A stretch of 62,873 bases of DNA, the filler included. It is 20 parts of 20 records of this genome, joined end to end, with 100 filler letters (N's around TTAATTAATTAA, not from the genome) between each part and the next. Parts side by side here need not be neighbours in the genome. Positions count along the whole stretch, not along the records: positions 32,032 to 34,589 come from SRR16133337_44697; positions 34,690 to 36,960 come from SRR16133337_44725; positions 37,061 to 39,210 come from SRR16133337_44749; positions 39,311 to 41,469 come from SRR16133337_44839; positions 41,570 to 43,623 come from SRR16133337_44883; positions 43,724 to 47,437 come from SRR16133337_44924; 14 more parts are not named here. The stretch is one strand, 5' to 3'. The position numbers and the translations under genes were made by a program. Under the pieces are notes generated by a model. The model worked only from the letters and a program-made list of their open reading frames with translations, was not told the DNA's origin and did no database searches. Within the stretch, counting starts at the first letter, position 1. Each line of letters begins with the position of its first letter. This document shows positions 33,512-47,138 of this stretch, one piece after another.

Positions 33512-34920
33512 CTAGAAAGTATAGGTATACACACATTTACATATAGCGTTTCAGATTTGTAAATATTTTACAACTTCATAACAAAAAAAATTGCGCAATA
33601 AAACATCTTAATATCTAAACAAAAATGGTCACATCAGTGTAACATTTTCTTTTGACGATACATAATTTGACGCGGTTTGATTGTCTGTGATGTCTATCAG
33701 TGGTCCAAAAAAATGATTTTTTTCTAATATCGGCCAAAAAAATGTTTCCAAAACATACTAAATATTTGTTTGGTTTCACAAACTTCACTTGGAGAAAATG
33801 ACACTTTTCAAATGTGTCTCTTACTCTGTTCGATGCAGTAACGGCATTGATATTTTTGGCAGGTTTGCGAAATCGTATGCAGAAAATGTTTGATTTTTTG
33901 CCTGCGGGTATTTAAGGGATTGTTAATAAATAATCAAAATCGATAAAATATTTTGCATATGGGACAAATTTTATTTCCAGTTCCATTGCTCGTGTTCAAA
34001 CACCCGTTCACATTTGAAAATGATAAATCTCAACAGCAACTACAAATTCTTTTTCGAGTTATGTATTTCGTACCCCACCCACCAACGAAACTACAACCCA
34101 CCAAAGTATGTGATATTTTGTAATTGTGCAATTTTGTTGCCATGTGCAAGAGAATTTCTTCTGATTTTGACAATTCGCGATCTCAGGTTTTGTACAATGT
34201 AATTTCCGTATCGTTGTCAAAGTTTATTCTCATGACCAACCAGCAGAAAAATTTAACAACATACAGAAAAATACACTTTCAAAATAATTTCCATATAAAA
34301 AAATCAAAACTGCCAAAAATACTCATTTTGTAAAGAAATTATTTTTCTACTGGCTTTGCATTTGTAAACGAAATAAAGTTTCTAAAATATGTTTTCAGTT
34401 TTTTGTATGACCCTCCTGACCCACGCTTCCACTGGAGTTAACGTTTGTCAAAATCGAAAATCTTTTTGAACTGAATGTTTGTTATTTTTCTTGAAACCAA
34501 GACAGTTTCTAACGGAGTAAGAACGAGTTTTAGTGTACGTTTTGTACGGGGGTGGGTTTTTACGAAAAATGTATTTTAGTGTAAATCCTNNNNNNNNNNN
34601 NNNNNNNNNNNNNNNNNNNNNNNNNNNNNNNNNTTAATTAATTAANNNNNNNNNNNNNNNNNNNNNNNNNNNNNNNNNNNNNNNNNNNNTTTAGACCCTT
34701 GAAGGGTGTGTGGTGGGAGGAAGGGAGTGGTTTATCCATTGGTATGCTCTGTAATGTAACATAGGCAAAACATAATGTCAGACAAAATATAGTTTTAATT
34801 TCGGTTCTAAACGCGATATAAATGCTTCTTCGTGGTGATCACGACTAGATTGTGAGTCGCATGATTACTCCCCTTTGTACGGAGAACGCGATTACCTGAT
34901 TTTTTTTAAAAAAAACTTAC

Positions 34921-35123
34921 TTGGTGTATGGATGGCCGGCAACAATGCCATTGTCTTGTATCCCAAAATATATTGTTCCTCCATCAGCATTCATAAACGC
35001 AATTATGTATTTTTCGATGGCGGACATTTGAGCGCCACCTATGTTTTTGAATTCAATATTTCGAGTTTCATCCATACCACACTGTTCACCATCAACAAAG
35101 AGAAAATCCATTGACATTTGAAT
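34921..35123 (-). CDS. Exon encoding a Schlafen AlbA_2 domain
   Basis: DETRNIEFK...IEKYIIAFMNADGGTIYFGIQDNGIVAG, flanked by an AG acceptor and a GTAAGT donor. Confidence 0.85.
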
Positions 35124-36022
35124 CTAAATTTTAAAATACAAAATGTCAAAGCGAAACTTCCCAAATCAAACAATGTTACCAAGATTGTCCACCAAAATTG
35201 ATTTACAAACTATGGTCCTAGTTTGTTTAAGCTCTGTCTATCCTAGCGATTGAGCGCCTCTTTTTTTACCAACGGTTACACTTGCATTGTCCGCTTCTAC
35301 TTCTCCATGGACATTTTTGGTTGGAGATCGCCCCCGTCGTTTTTGAGCTCTTTGAGGGCCCGTTCTATGGCACTAAGGAAATCACCCGAAGGTTTTTTAA
35401 AGCTTGATCCTGGAAATGGCCTCAAAATACACTCTACTCCACCCACACCACATTCGCCCCCCACAACCCACTCCGCACCAGTTTGTAGTCATAGGTCTTG
35501 TGTTTCTTCTTTTTTGTCTCTTGGTGGGAAGATGAAAGAGCCGTTTTATGGCTGGAAATCACCTCTACCACCAGACTTTGCTCTTGTTGTTGCGTGGGAT
35601 GGTTGTTGTTTTTCTTTGCCAAGAGTCATTGTGGTGGGCTTGTTGTGGGTGAGTTGTGTATGGAAATATGTGAAATTTCGGGGCAGCGAAGCACGTTTTC
35701 ACATGCGGGTTGTCACAAATCTAAAGAAAAGAATGACTCCCATAATTGGATGTGTGATTTTTGTTCCGGTTTGTCAAGAAAATTCTTTGACACCCGGACA
35801 AGCAAAAACCACAAATATCTGTTTGGTGTGACACGTACACAACAGCAAAAGGCTATCAAAACTGGTGTCTCAGAGAGCAGGCGCTCCGCTGCGGCTCGAT
35901 ATCCTCCTCACAGCGTAGCAATACCAAGAAAAAATATGGAGAGATGCTAAACAACAGCAAGTAGGTTTAGGGTAAATCTAATTGTATGATTAAATGAGAG
36001 TTTGGAAATTGTTCTAAAATTG

Positions 36023-36094
36023 ATGGACAAGAGAATTGCACTAGCTGCACTGGCTGGAGCCGCTTTTGCCAGCATCTATCTCAAGAAGCGGAAG
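36023..36094 (+). CDS. Probable first exon with an N-terminal signal anchor
   Basis: MDKRIALAALAGAAFASIYLKKRK followed by a GTATGG donor. Confidence 0.5.
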
Positions 36095-37414
36095 GTATGG
36101 AACTTGAGCATTCAAATGAAACTGCACCACTTTTCCGGGATCACCGGCAAATAGGCACTAATTTTGAAGCCCGATACACATGTATTGGAGCTCGATGGAA
36201 GAGGAGGCGTTGTTTTGCACTCAAATCCCTCCTGCGTGAAATATTTGTTTTCTAATTTCTAGAACACAAATAATTTGAAATTGCACTTGAACGCGAAGGT
36301 GCACCGAGTTAAAATGTGATTGTTTCTCAATTTAGAAACACCAAAATAAATATATCGAAGAACTCGCAGTTATTGATTTATCAGAACCAGAAGACGAAAT
36401 TGTCCGAAAATTACGTCATGCGTGGTAAGTCGAAGACTGTAATTAATAATATTATACACTGTGCACTGGTAATTAATGTGCCGCACACCGTGACACTGCG
36501 CACTGCACTCGTAAATGATCAGTGCATTTCTTAACAATTAACTGCGCTGAGGTTGTTTCCCTATCGAACAAAAATGAGACAGAAATGAATGTGAAAAGTT
36601 TCGTTTGGGAAATGTGAAATATTTTTGTGTTTTGTCTGTTTGGTATTAAGGATTTTTTTCTGGGCATTTGTTTGATTTGTTAGGGCATTTTTGTTTTTAG
36701 GGAATTAAACATTTTTGGATTTGGGTATATACAGATCAGATCAATGGATAACACTCCCATCACACTCACACCACTCCACTCACTCTTCGAGGGTGTTTAG
36801 TTTCAAAAACCGAAGCGTGAAAAGTGTGGAAAGTTGCGACGGGGCTATTTCGCGAAAAATCCACTTTGAAAAAATGTTGAAAAAATTCTACGAAAAGCAT
36901 GATTTCACTTTTTTTCTACAAATTTCGTGGAAAATATGATAATTTAATTTATGCCGACCANNNNNNNNNNNNNNNNNNNNNNNNNNNNNNNNNNNNNNNN
37001 NNNNTTAATTAATTAANNNNNNNNNNNNNNNNNNNNNNNNNNNNNNNNNNNNNNNNNNNNTGGTCACAAATCCAGTCTTAAAGTTTCAAATTTCGAAATG
37101 TGAAAAATGTAATATTTCAACAGGCAAAATATCTGAATCGCCAAATAAAATTTTCATATTTATGTTCGTTGCTGAGTAAGTAGCGTTTTTGTCGAGAACC
37201 TTTTTGAGGCAGAAAGCCTAATGTTGCTCCAGTTTAAAATCATTACAGTATTGGGAAATGAATTTATTGGTGCGCTAAAAATCTGTCAGTGTATTCATTC
37301 ACACATTACTGACTAGCTCACAAAATAATACAAAATAATCATAACGAGCGTGTTTTTATTACAACCACCAAAAAAAGGGCACAAAAAATACAAAATCCAT
37401 AACCATTTACTTAC

Positions 37415-38391
37415 GTAATTCGGCTATACATTCATCACACTCTTGAGCTAAGAAATCCACTGCGTCTCCCCTGTCCAACTGTGGCCACATGTTAAGTGTC
37501 TCGCCACATGGATCTGCTAAAGTTTCATCAAGAACACTCAGACACTCGAAATCTTCTTCTGTCACACAGATATTGTTGTCAGCTTGCAGTAATTCGATTT
37601 TCGATTTAGGGGTTCTATTCCACATTTCGCTGGACGGTGCCTTCAAGATAAAATAGAATTGGGGTTTCAATTTGCAATTTCCAATTCTTAATTGACAATT
37701 GTAAGAAATCATGTGGATCTCAAAAGACAGAAATTGACATTTTGCGCTATGATTTCACAATTGAGAATCCGGCAAATTTTGAATACGAGGAACAATATTT
37801 GTAATTTTAGGAGTTGTGAAAAAATCAGTCCCTTTCTCTTTGCGAATGTTACACGCGCGTGATTTTATGTTCGTCTGAATTTAAAGTTTTTTGTTCGATG
37901 TGAAGAAAACCTGAAAAAATGAAAATCATTGCTCGGAAGGTGGTAACGAGCACGGAGAGCCCTTTAATATTGTGTTTGGGCATAAGGAATTATTAGAGAG
38001 ACGGATCGATGCCCCAAACAAAAAGCCATTCAACTTGTGGCAAACACGCGAATAAAATGTTTTGGACGTGCATCAAATGCAAAATTACACAGACCTTCGG
38101 AAAGGAAAAATGAAATTTGAATCGAAAAAACGCAACTTTGAAATGGTCATGAAGGAAAAGTGCAACAAAAAAACAGAAATCCAGATTTTTGACCACACTC
38201 AAAAAATATTAAAAATTGCTGTGGCAATTTCAGCACAAGATGGGGCATAAGTCGAGTTTTTTACAAACCTTTTTCATTCGTTCGAATTTACCCAAGTGTG
38301 CTTGGAGTTTGGATATGGCTACATCGCGGTCAATTTTAATTCCCACCACGCTAACCACCAGGAGTCCCAAGAGAAGCAAAGCGCTTTTCAT
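37415..38391 (-). CDS. Putative secreted protein (signal-peptide exon plus a Cys/acidic exon, partial)
   Basis: MKSALLLLGLLVVSVVG...HL followed by gtaaat (38391-38292). An open exon at about 37645-37415 ends at GTAAGT. The link between the two is unproven. Confidence 0.4.
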
Positions 38392-41300
38392 GGCTCCGAA
38401 ACGCCGTCCTACTTGTAAAACAGCGAGTTTCGGTAAATGAAGAAGAGGACACCAAAATTGTAACGGAAAAGTCGTTTGCAAACAAGTGAAGTCTCAAAGT
38501 GAATTCCACACTTCGGTGCAGCCGTTGCAAAGTGAAGAGTGAAATCAAATTAGAAAATTGAATCCCCCAAAAAATGAGGTATAGAAATTTGAACACCCAC
38601 GCAACATCTCAACCAAGCTTACCGTTACAGCTTTTTATTGTCTTCATTTTTTGGACGTGGTGATCACACAGACGCCGGTTGCTTTTCAGAGAAAATTAAA
38701 GCACGGTAGTTTTCTGGATTTTCGTACTCAGCGCTTTATGACATGCCATTTCACGGAATTTTTCGAATTTTAGTGTTTTCAATTGTTCTGATGGCGTCAA
38801 ATTCATCGCAGGACACGAGAAGGTATGTTTTTGCTCTACTATTTTCGTGATTTTTTGTGGCGCAAAATGTGGGGGAAATGAAATTGTGGGGCTCTTATTG
38901 GTGCTGCATTGCTTGAACTAACTTGGTTGGCTCTTGTGAAAAAAGTGAAAAACCAAAATTCTCTAGTTTTCGTCTGCTCATTTTTCATAATAAAACAGAA
39001 TTGTGCCCACAATTTTTTGAGTGCGAGTGTGAGGAAAACTTTGAGACTGGATTTGACGGAGATGAAACTACCTCGTCAAAATGTTCTGCACTCGCGTGTG
39101 GCCTCACCTCGGTCACAAACCATGTGGATGCCCTCACCGCCAGTACTGTTTTATAAAGTGCCTTACAATCGTGAACAAAGCAACTCTAGTGAAATGAGAT
39201 TTCACTCTAANNNNNNNNNNNNNNNNNNNNNNNNNNNNNNNNNNNNNNNNNNNNTTAATTAATTAANNNNNNNNNNNNNNNNNNNNNNNNNNNNNNNNNN
39301 NNNNNNNNNNCAATTTGTGCCTACTCTCGAACGTTGAAAACTTTGACCTTTGAAGGGTTAGATGGTACGTATTCATTGCCATATGTGTAGTTTGTGTTGT
39401 GGTCAAGTGTTTTTCTTCGCTGAATATGTGATTATTTTCTTTTGGGATCCAGCAAATTTGCTCAGTTGAAGCGTGTTAAAGTGTCCACATTTTTTTTGCA
39501 TTTTTAACACTTACAACTAAATTTGTAACCACATGACAGTTTTTGAGAAAGCTTTGAAAATAACGTGTTATTTTTCCCCACTTGGGTGTAATTTCCCGTA
39601 TTTTTGCTTTTTGTAGCTCGAAATCACTCACGGATGAACATACAACAAACTGCTGGACATAAAGCGAATAAAAAATCTAGATTGTATTCACTATTTCGGA
39701 AAGCTTTGGTTCACGGGGTGAATCTACTGTCCATTTTACAAACTCTACTTTTGAGTAAAAGGCTTGTTCCCGACCAAATCTTGATAAAAACTAACAAATT
39801 TTTCTACTGAAGATCTCTAGAAATTAGGGAACTAATTCAAAAATCAAAACATTTTATGCGGTGTACGTTCGAAATTTCGTAAACATTCGCATTTTTTTTG
39901 TTTCAATTATAGATCAAAATACGTACTCGGATCTCGAAATCCGTAACAGATTTTCATCCAAATTCAAATTTTTGAGTAACTCGAAAAGGTTTACACCAAA
40001 ATGTTTGAAAAGAATTTAACTCATTGAGTTTAGTGATTTTTTGTTAGAGTGAAAAAAAGCTCTTTAACTTTTCCAAACTTTATGACTGAAAATTTTTTCG
40101 TATGTTTTTTAGATCAAGACGGGCATTTTTTTGTAATGTGTATCAACTTGCACAATTTTATTTTCTGCAAACACTTGCGAAATTCCGCATGTCCTCACTA
40201 CTTTTTTTGTGTCGATTTTTGAAATCACTGGCATCGGCAATCAATTTTTGTGAGCGTTTGTAAAATATTTATCAAGAACAAATTGTAGATGTCACATTGC
40301 TTCTTGTGATTTATTGAATGTATTTCGTATTTACTAACATTGAAACGTCAATTCTAACTGCAGTATTTTTTACGTAAAAATTCTGAAAATGATCTCACAC
40401 GAAACTACAAAATTACGAAATTTTCTCAAATTGAACAAATTTGTCATTTTTTCAGCAACTTTCACCAAAATTTACAACAAGTTGAAGTTTAAAATACAGA
40501 CACGAACGGATTCTCGCAATGGTGCGGTGCCTGCTGTTGTGTGTTGACAACATATTACAAGCGCGGTATAACGGAAGCTCAGTTTTATCACAAAATATAG
40601 GTTTTGCACCTTTTCAAATACGGATTGTATGCGCAGTTTTGTTGGTTAGTCTGGTGGTTTTGCATTAGCCCGAAAAATTGGTTCAGTACTCATAGTATTT
40701 TTTTCTGAAGCATGAACGTCAGTTCTTTAGACTTCCATCCCCTCAAATGTGTGACGAGAAGAAAACGCCCATTGGGGGAATCACACGTAGAATTGGTGTT
40801 TGATGTTGATTTAATGTAAATGTATTAGTTGTATTTTCATTTTGTTCAATAGCCCATGAATTAAACACTTTACAACACAACATTTCTATTTTGCACAAAA
40901 GATCTAAAACAATAACATTTTATATTTCGCGAATGCAGGGCGTGGGTGGTGTATGATTTGTAATTGTGGGGAAGCTATCCAAAAACACATGAATACACGA
41001 AAAAGAAAAACTATCTTCAAAATTGCTTTTTAATTATATAACATTTCATTGCGTGTTAGTTGTTAAATGATTTTTATTGAATAGTGCACTACATGCAGCG
41101 GTGTAAAATGGATTGTTGTGGGTAACTAGCTTTTTTTAAATGTGTTTGATTATGATTTTTCTGTGACCAGGTAGCGTACAAACTTGCGTCTAATTGATAA
41201 ATTTTGTTCAAGCGTTCAAGGAATTTACATGTCCATTGCATGTTAAAGTATTCATGTATTATCCTATTTTCAGGCACATAGACTTAACTTCTTACAAGAG

Positions 41301-42249
41301 ATAATTTTTTAGAAAATCTTGGAAATTGAGAGCACATTTTTCTCAAAGGAGAACATATTACCAATCTATTTTCCATGTATCACCCATCTTTTTTGCAATG
41401 TATAGGGTGTATCAATGAATAACACCCCACACCTACGCCCCTTCAAGGGTGTAATTTTTCAATTTTCAANNNNNNNNNNNNNNNNNNNNNNNNNNNNNNN
41501 NNNNNNNNNNNNNTTAATTAATTAANNNNNNNNNNNNNNNNNNNNNNNNNNNNNNNNNNNNNNNNNNNNAAATGCGGAAATTTTACACATTTCAAACAAG
41601 ACATCCTTTATTTTCCAAAAAGAAAATTTTCGGGTGCGTTTTAAAACTAATTTCATTTCCAAAATTAAGCATGGTCCTTTTTTACGACGGCGCAGTGGTC
41701 ACAACAGGAATATTTTATTTCTATAAAAATACAATACCATATGACACTGACACTTTTATGTTGAACTTCTTTTTGTGGAATTTCGCGAAAATAGCATGTA
41801 CTCGCTGTAGCGCATACAATCGCATATTTTACAATGTGTAGTATCGTGCTTGTCTACTCACCAAGTAATAACTCCACGCATACCTCAAAATATATAGACT
41901 TTTTTGGCGTTTTTGAAAAAATCCTAAAGATGTGTTCTTATTTTCTTGTTGGCGGGTTGGCAGGTTTGCAACATTTTTTATACAATGTTGTGTTTTTATC
42001 CCTGCAGTTCGGATGTTTTTGATATTAAAATACAAACTCGAACCCTTCGATTTACAAGGGATAAGATATACACAAAACAGTTATCTATGTGTTTATGCGT
42101 ACAAAAACAATAACTACTCGAATTTTAAATTCTGCGCGTTTTCGTGGGATAATTGTTTCGGGTCTTACTTTTTATTTTGTTTTAATTAATTGGAACATAT
42201 GTTTTGATAACCGTTGTAAAAATGTATTAAAAAATAATGTATTTTTTAG

Positions 42250-42564
42250 AAGTGTTTGATATGGAATTATGGACACTATCAACTTTTTTGCCCACAAATA
42301 CACCAACTAACGAACCAACTCAAGAATCCACGAACGAGCCAGTTGAAGTTCCTGCACCGGCGCAAATTCCGTCACAAGAAACTAATCAGCCAACGCTTTC
42401 GCTAACAAATCAGCCAACAATTTCACCAACTCATGAACCAACTCCCCAACCAACAATTTTACCAAGTCTCCAACCAACGAATATTCCAACTATAATTCCT
42501 GTTGAGCCAACTGTTGAACCAACCTTGTCACCAACAACAGAACCCACAGTGCCGGAAACTCCAG
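42250..42564 (+). CDS. Exon with PT (TxxPT) mucin-like repeats
   Basis: PTNTPTNEPTQ...QPTISPTHEPTPQPT...PTLSPTTEPT between a ttttag acceptor and a GTAAAT donor. Confidence 0.75.
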
Positions 42565-45215
42565 GTAAATTCAGGTGGTATATCAATGGAAAAATCCCAA
42601 TCACAACCAACTTTACTAAATTTTTTTCTCACGTTTCAAAGCAAAAATATTTACATTTTTGTTGGAAAATATACACCTCTATATCCTCGTTTTTTGTGGA
42701 AATTCGTGTTGTCTTTTTTTTTTCTTCTTTTTTTGGGAAATGAGCGCAACTTGTGAGTTTTATCATATCCGCATAATTGTATTGAGAAACAAATTTGCAA
42801 ACTTATGTCACTTCATTTCGATATTTTAAGGAAAAATCGCTAACATGTGAGTTTTAGCGAAAAAGATGCTACACATTTCGTCAAATAAAATTTCAACTCT
42901 CTTTTTCATGACATAATCTCCACCGTTATATGTTTTTTGAATGGTGGGAGTTTACCCTTTGTTATAACTTCTATGCAACGATATATGTTTTCGCGTTTTT
43001 TGAAAGAATAAGTGCCGTACTCCAATTGGTATAGAAAATTGTTTTAAATGGAGTAAACGGTGATTGGAACGAGTGTTGAATACAAATATATTTAACTTTC
43101 AAACAGGTTTTTTTTTAAAAAGGAAACGAAAAAACAACAACATGCAGGCTTGTACCTAGAATGAACGTGAAGCTGATTTATTTTAATTTGTCCTGCACAT
43201 CATGAAATTGTTTCTTTATTCTGATTTTCCTTTTCAAAATTTTCTATAAAAACCTTAGATATTTGCGATTTTAGAGCGACGCGGTTGTAGTGGAACCCCC
43301 TTTTTCTTTGTATAACAGCCCAGTAATAGTTTTGCAGGTTTGATGTCAAGCAATCCGACCATATTTATTTATTTAACCCTGTAATGCATCAAAAACTCTC
43401 ACTGTACAAATTCACATACAATGAGACAAATCAATGATGTGTCTCAGTGTTTGTGAAAATACATTTTTTTTGCGTTATCGAAATTAAGTAGACAGAGTGG
43501 ATAACATTAAATTCAATAAAATCACCACAACTTCTAATCCATTCCCGTTCACCTCGTTCAAGGATGTTATTTTTTTCAAATACAGAAATGTAGATTTGAA
43601 AATTTTCGTTTGGGAGGGTGGGTNNNNNNNNNNNNNNNNNNNNNNNNNNNNNNNNNNNNNNNNNNNNTTAATTAATTAANNNNNNNNNNNNNNNNNNNNN
43701 NNNNNNNNNNNNNNNNNNNNNNNAACTTTTACACCATTAACTTTTACACCATTGTGATGTGTGTGCGTGCCTTAATCTGGCTTGGTGAAGGAGAATCTTT
43801 TGTATGTTGTTTGAATTGTGGTGCATTTTGATATATTTTGCTTGTGTTTTGGATTGGTAATGAGTTGGTGGGTTTAATGGTGTGTATTGTACCAGAAAGT
43901 TGGGCAATTTTAGGCGCTTTTATTTGTAGGACACATTTGAAAACATACGAATGTATGACGTAAAATAAAATGGCTTGGTGATTTCGTGCGTTTTCACAGG
44001 TGTCCTACATACACAAGTGGCCAAAATTGCTCAAACTTATGGCATTGCGGTATATGGGCCTTTTCACAAAACCCTTACCACCACTGTTTACATGATTCGG
44101 ATGCTAGCCCGAATTACTCACACTGGAAAGCAAGCTATGTTTGGGGTTTGAACCCAGGACCTCTACAAATGCAGGTGGTCGTCTTGGCCAATTGAGCCAT
44201 TGAAGCAATTGAAATCAATTTACACAACAATGACCTTTTAAGCGCACATGGAAATGGAAATTCTTGGGAAATGCAAAAACTGCTTTGTGACATTTTGGTG
44301 TTGGAAATTTTGTGTGAGGATTGGGTTTTGAACAAGTTCTCCCAGCACAGCATTTCAACCGGTGTGGGCGGCAACAACCGCGATAGGTGGGAAATGAAGG
44401 AGGAGAGAGGAAAATTTTGGGGGGTCGATTTCCATTCTCAATCGAACCAACGCAGTGATTAGAGCACGCCGGTTTTTGACAATGACGGTCGTGAAGCTGG
44501 GTTACTTCGAACAGGGAAGGCTTACTTGAATTTTTGCACAATGGTGGCTTTGAGGTTGGATTTTCGCTAGAGCTACTTTACTACTAAGGTGTGATGCCAG
44601 AAGTTTTTTTGATATTCCCACACTTTGCTTGAAGCGAACTCTCGTGGTACCACAGTGTTCACAGCCACCGCGCAATGAAACGGTTTACGGAATCGAAATT
44701 AAGAGAAACACATCGCAATCGAGGTTGGTGCATTGAATTTTTCCAAAAAAAATGTGCTCTGGTACTCTGGAAACCTGGAGCTTTTGCCTTTTTGGTGCCA
44801 TTTGAAAAAACCTGGTAGGGCACGCCTGTTTTCTCGGGTCCCAAATTGATTCAAACTTTGAGACTTTCAGAACTTGTTCCGAGGCTTTTGGTCCACACAT
44901 TTCTCTATGAAAGTTTTTTCAATCTAGTCTCTGTGAGTCTCCAAACAGGTTTGAAAATTTTCTGGTTTTGGGTGGCAGTGTCATATTGATCACCACACAT
45001 CTGTGAGACCACCAAAAATCCATCATTCCCGTGACCAACAGTTCTAAGTCACGTCCTGAAAGGTTCAAATTTTTAGCTTTCCTATAAAGCCTGAAAATCG
45101 GGTTCCAAAAACAGGCTTTTTTGGGAAGGTTTTGGTGAAAAGGCACATATCCTACCCAGTCAAAGACAGTGACTTTTAACATCCTGTCAAATGATTTATC
45201 TTGTTTTGTTGTCAG

Positions 45216-47091
45216 AACTACGAGCAGATCGAATTGACGGTGCTTTGGAAGCGAAAGGTTTGAGTTGGACTGGTGCAACAGTGATTTATGATGGAACTGA
45301 GGGTGCTGAGAAGGTCCTGCATGCAGACATTAAGAAAGTATTGATTATTCATTCTCCATCCGGCGACCTTATCAACACACAGAAATATTCGAATACGATC
45401 CATCGCGTAAGTTGCTTGGAAATTTACTTTTTGATGGGAGGGGGAAGTGTTGGTTACGCGTGTCGTAGTTGTCTTGTCTTCCAATGGCCTGAACTCAGCT
45501 GCATGCCACGATCGAATCAACGGAAGTTGAATTATTCCTTCATCTTGAAGGGCATCTAAAAGAGAGCATGCAAAAATCAAGGTTTTGCAAAAGGATCAGT
45601 GCACCCATCCACACTCATACCGTGAGTTACCTACACATAGGTGGTTATAAAAATGCAACAAAAATTTCCGAAAACCATTGCAGGATTTCAGAATTTTCGA
45701 TTTTGTATGGGTGTGAAACCAAAAGACTTGTAAGGCTGAAGTTACTGGAACTAAAATTATAATTTGCATTTTGCATTTATCTCTGTGAGAGGATGGGAGA
45801 ATATTATACCTGCAGAATTTTGTGTGGCACATTCAGTTATCGCACCTTGACAGAGTGGAGCAAAAAATTTGGTCCGAAAAGTGTTCGGAACGCGCAGAGA
45901 GACAAATGGATGTCCTCTGGGTTGCAAGGTAACCGGTGTACCATACAAGTATGTGACTAAACTAAGGTGGAGAACTCACAATTAACATGTAAATTACGTT
46001 TGGTAGGTTTTCTCACGGCCCCCGAGGCCGGCAACATGTGAAGCAGTGTCAACGCCTGCGTATCGTACGCAGGAACATGCATATCAAATTAGACCAAATT
46101 CTGTCGTGTTGTCAGGCACTGACACGTGTTTTTTGTGTTTTTTATGAAATTTTGGGATCTTGCAGGTGGGTTTTCAAGCCAAAATGTAACACCGGATTTC
46201 ACTATCATCGCAACGAGTTCGAAAATTTTTGAAAGTGGCTTTGAGGTTCTTTTTCAAAAAGGAACCCACACGCAAAATGTGGTTGGGTGCACAGGGTACT
46301 TATGTTTTTGCATGCTCTCTTTGGAGGGGCATCTAAAATTCCTGTCGTGAAATGCACTCACAGCTTTTTGGGATGAGCATTCAGGCGCAAGTCAGCGGCT
46401 CTTTCACCGCCAATGTTCCTGAGCATGAATTTACTTCTGCAAAAGAGCCGCAAGAAAATAAAACCGATTTCTTTTGTTCTACACCAAATGATGATGAACG
46501 CAAGGAACAGTCCCACATCTCGGGTTGTGCGCAGTGGAAATTTTAGATGCCCCTGAAAAGGAACCTAAACCGATAAAGGATAGAAGACTAGAATGGGTGA
46601 AGATAAAAAAAATTAACACCATTTCGGATTTTCTTTGGTTCAACACTCATAGAGCACAGAAGTTTGTGTGAACTTACTTCAACTTCAGCCTGATTTCCGT
46701 TGTATTTCTGGATGGAGCAAGAAAACGAAACAAAACCAACAGAAAAAATGCAATCTAACATGACCACACCGATTAGGCTGAGCTGGTGATCACCAAAACA
46801 CTTTGTTGATGACTAGACATGTCCAAAAACAGAAAAAATTAGTAAAACCAGAAATCATGTTGACAAACAATTTCAGATCGACTGTGGGCTGGTAACTAGG
46901 CAGGGGTTCTACAAAAACGAGTAATTTTCACCTTCTGTGATTGATAGGCTTTATTAACACCATGGACTTTTGACGAGGTGAGGCAATGGAATGACATGCA
47001 CATGAAACTGGATCTGGGTGTGCTTGAGGAAAGATTTTCGATGATCGGAGGTGTGATGAGATATCTCATAAAAGATTCAAGCGATGTCAAG
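45216..47091 (+). CDS. Crinkler/RHS (CR)-type P-loop NTPase, two exons (partial)
   Basis: Exons 45216-45406 and 46948-47091 splice in frame: TVIYDG (Walker B), VLIIHSP...IHR|ALLTPWTFDEV...LEERFSMIGGVMRYL. This matches the CRN/RHS 'PW..EE...RF...GG.PRY' signature. Confidence 0.75.
46325..46554. mobile_element. Small MITE inside the CR-NTPase intron
   Basis: Perfect 16-bp TIR AGGGGCATCTAAAATT / AATTTTAGATGCCCCT. No clear TSD. Confidence 0.6.
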
Positions 47092-47100
47092 GTAATTGCT

Positions 47101-47138
47101 TGGGTATTATCTGGGTATTATCTGGGTATTATCTGGGT
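47101..47138 (+). repeat. 11-bp tandem repeat (TGGGTATTATC), about 3.5 copies
   Basis: Directly visible. Confidence 0.85.

Noticed and set aside
39311-41469. Coding potential in this contig
   Set aside because: Only short ORFs without motifs; no exon chain can be supported.
43986-45210. One long ORF read through TGA stops (alternative genetic code)
   Set aside because: It needs a frameshift and also contains TAG and TAA, other frames show a similar stop bias, and the intact spliced genes here use the standard code.
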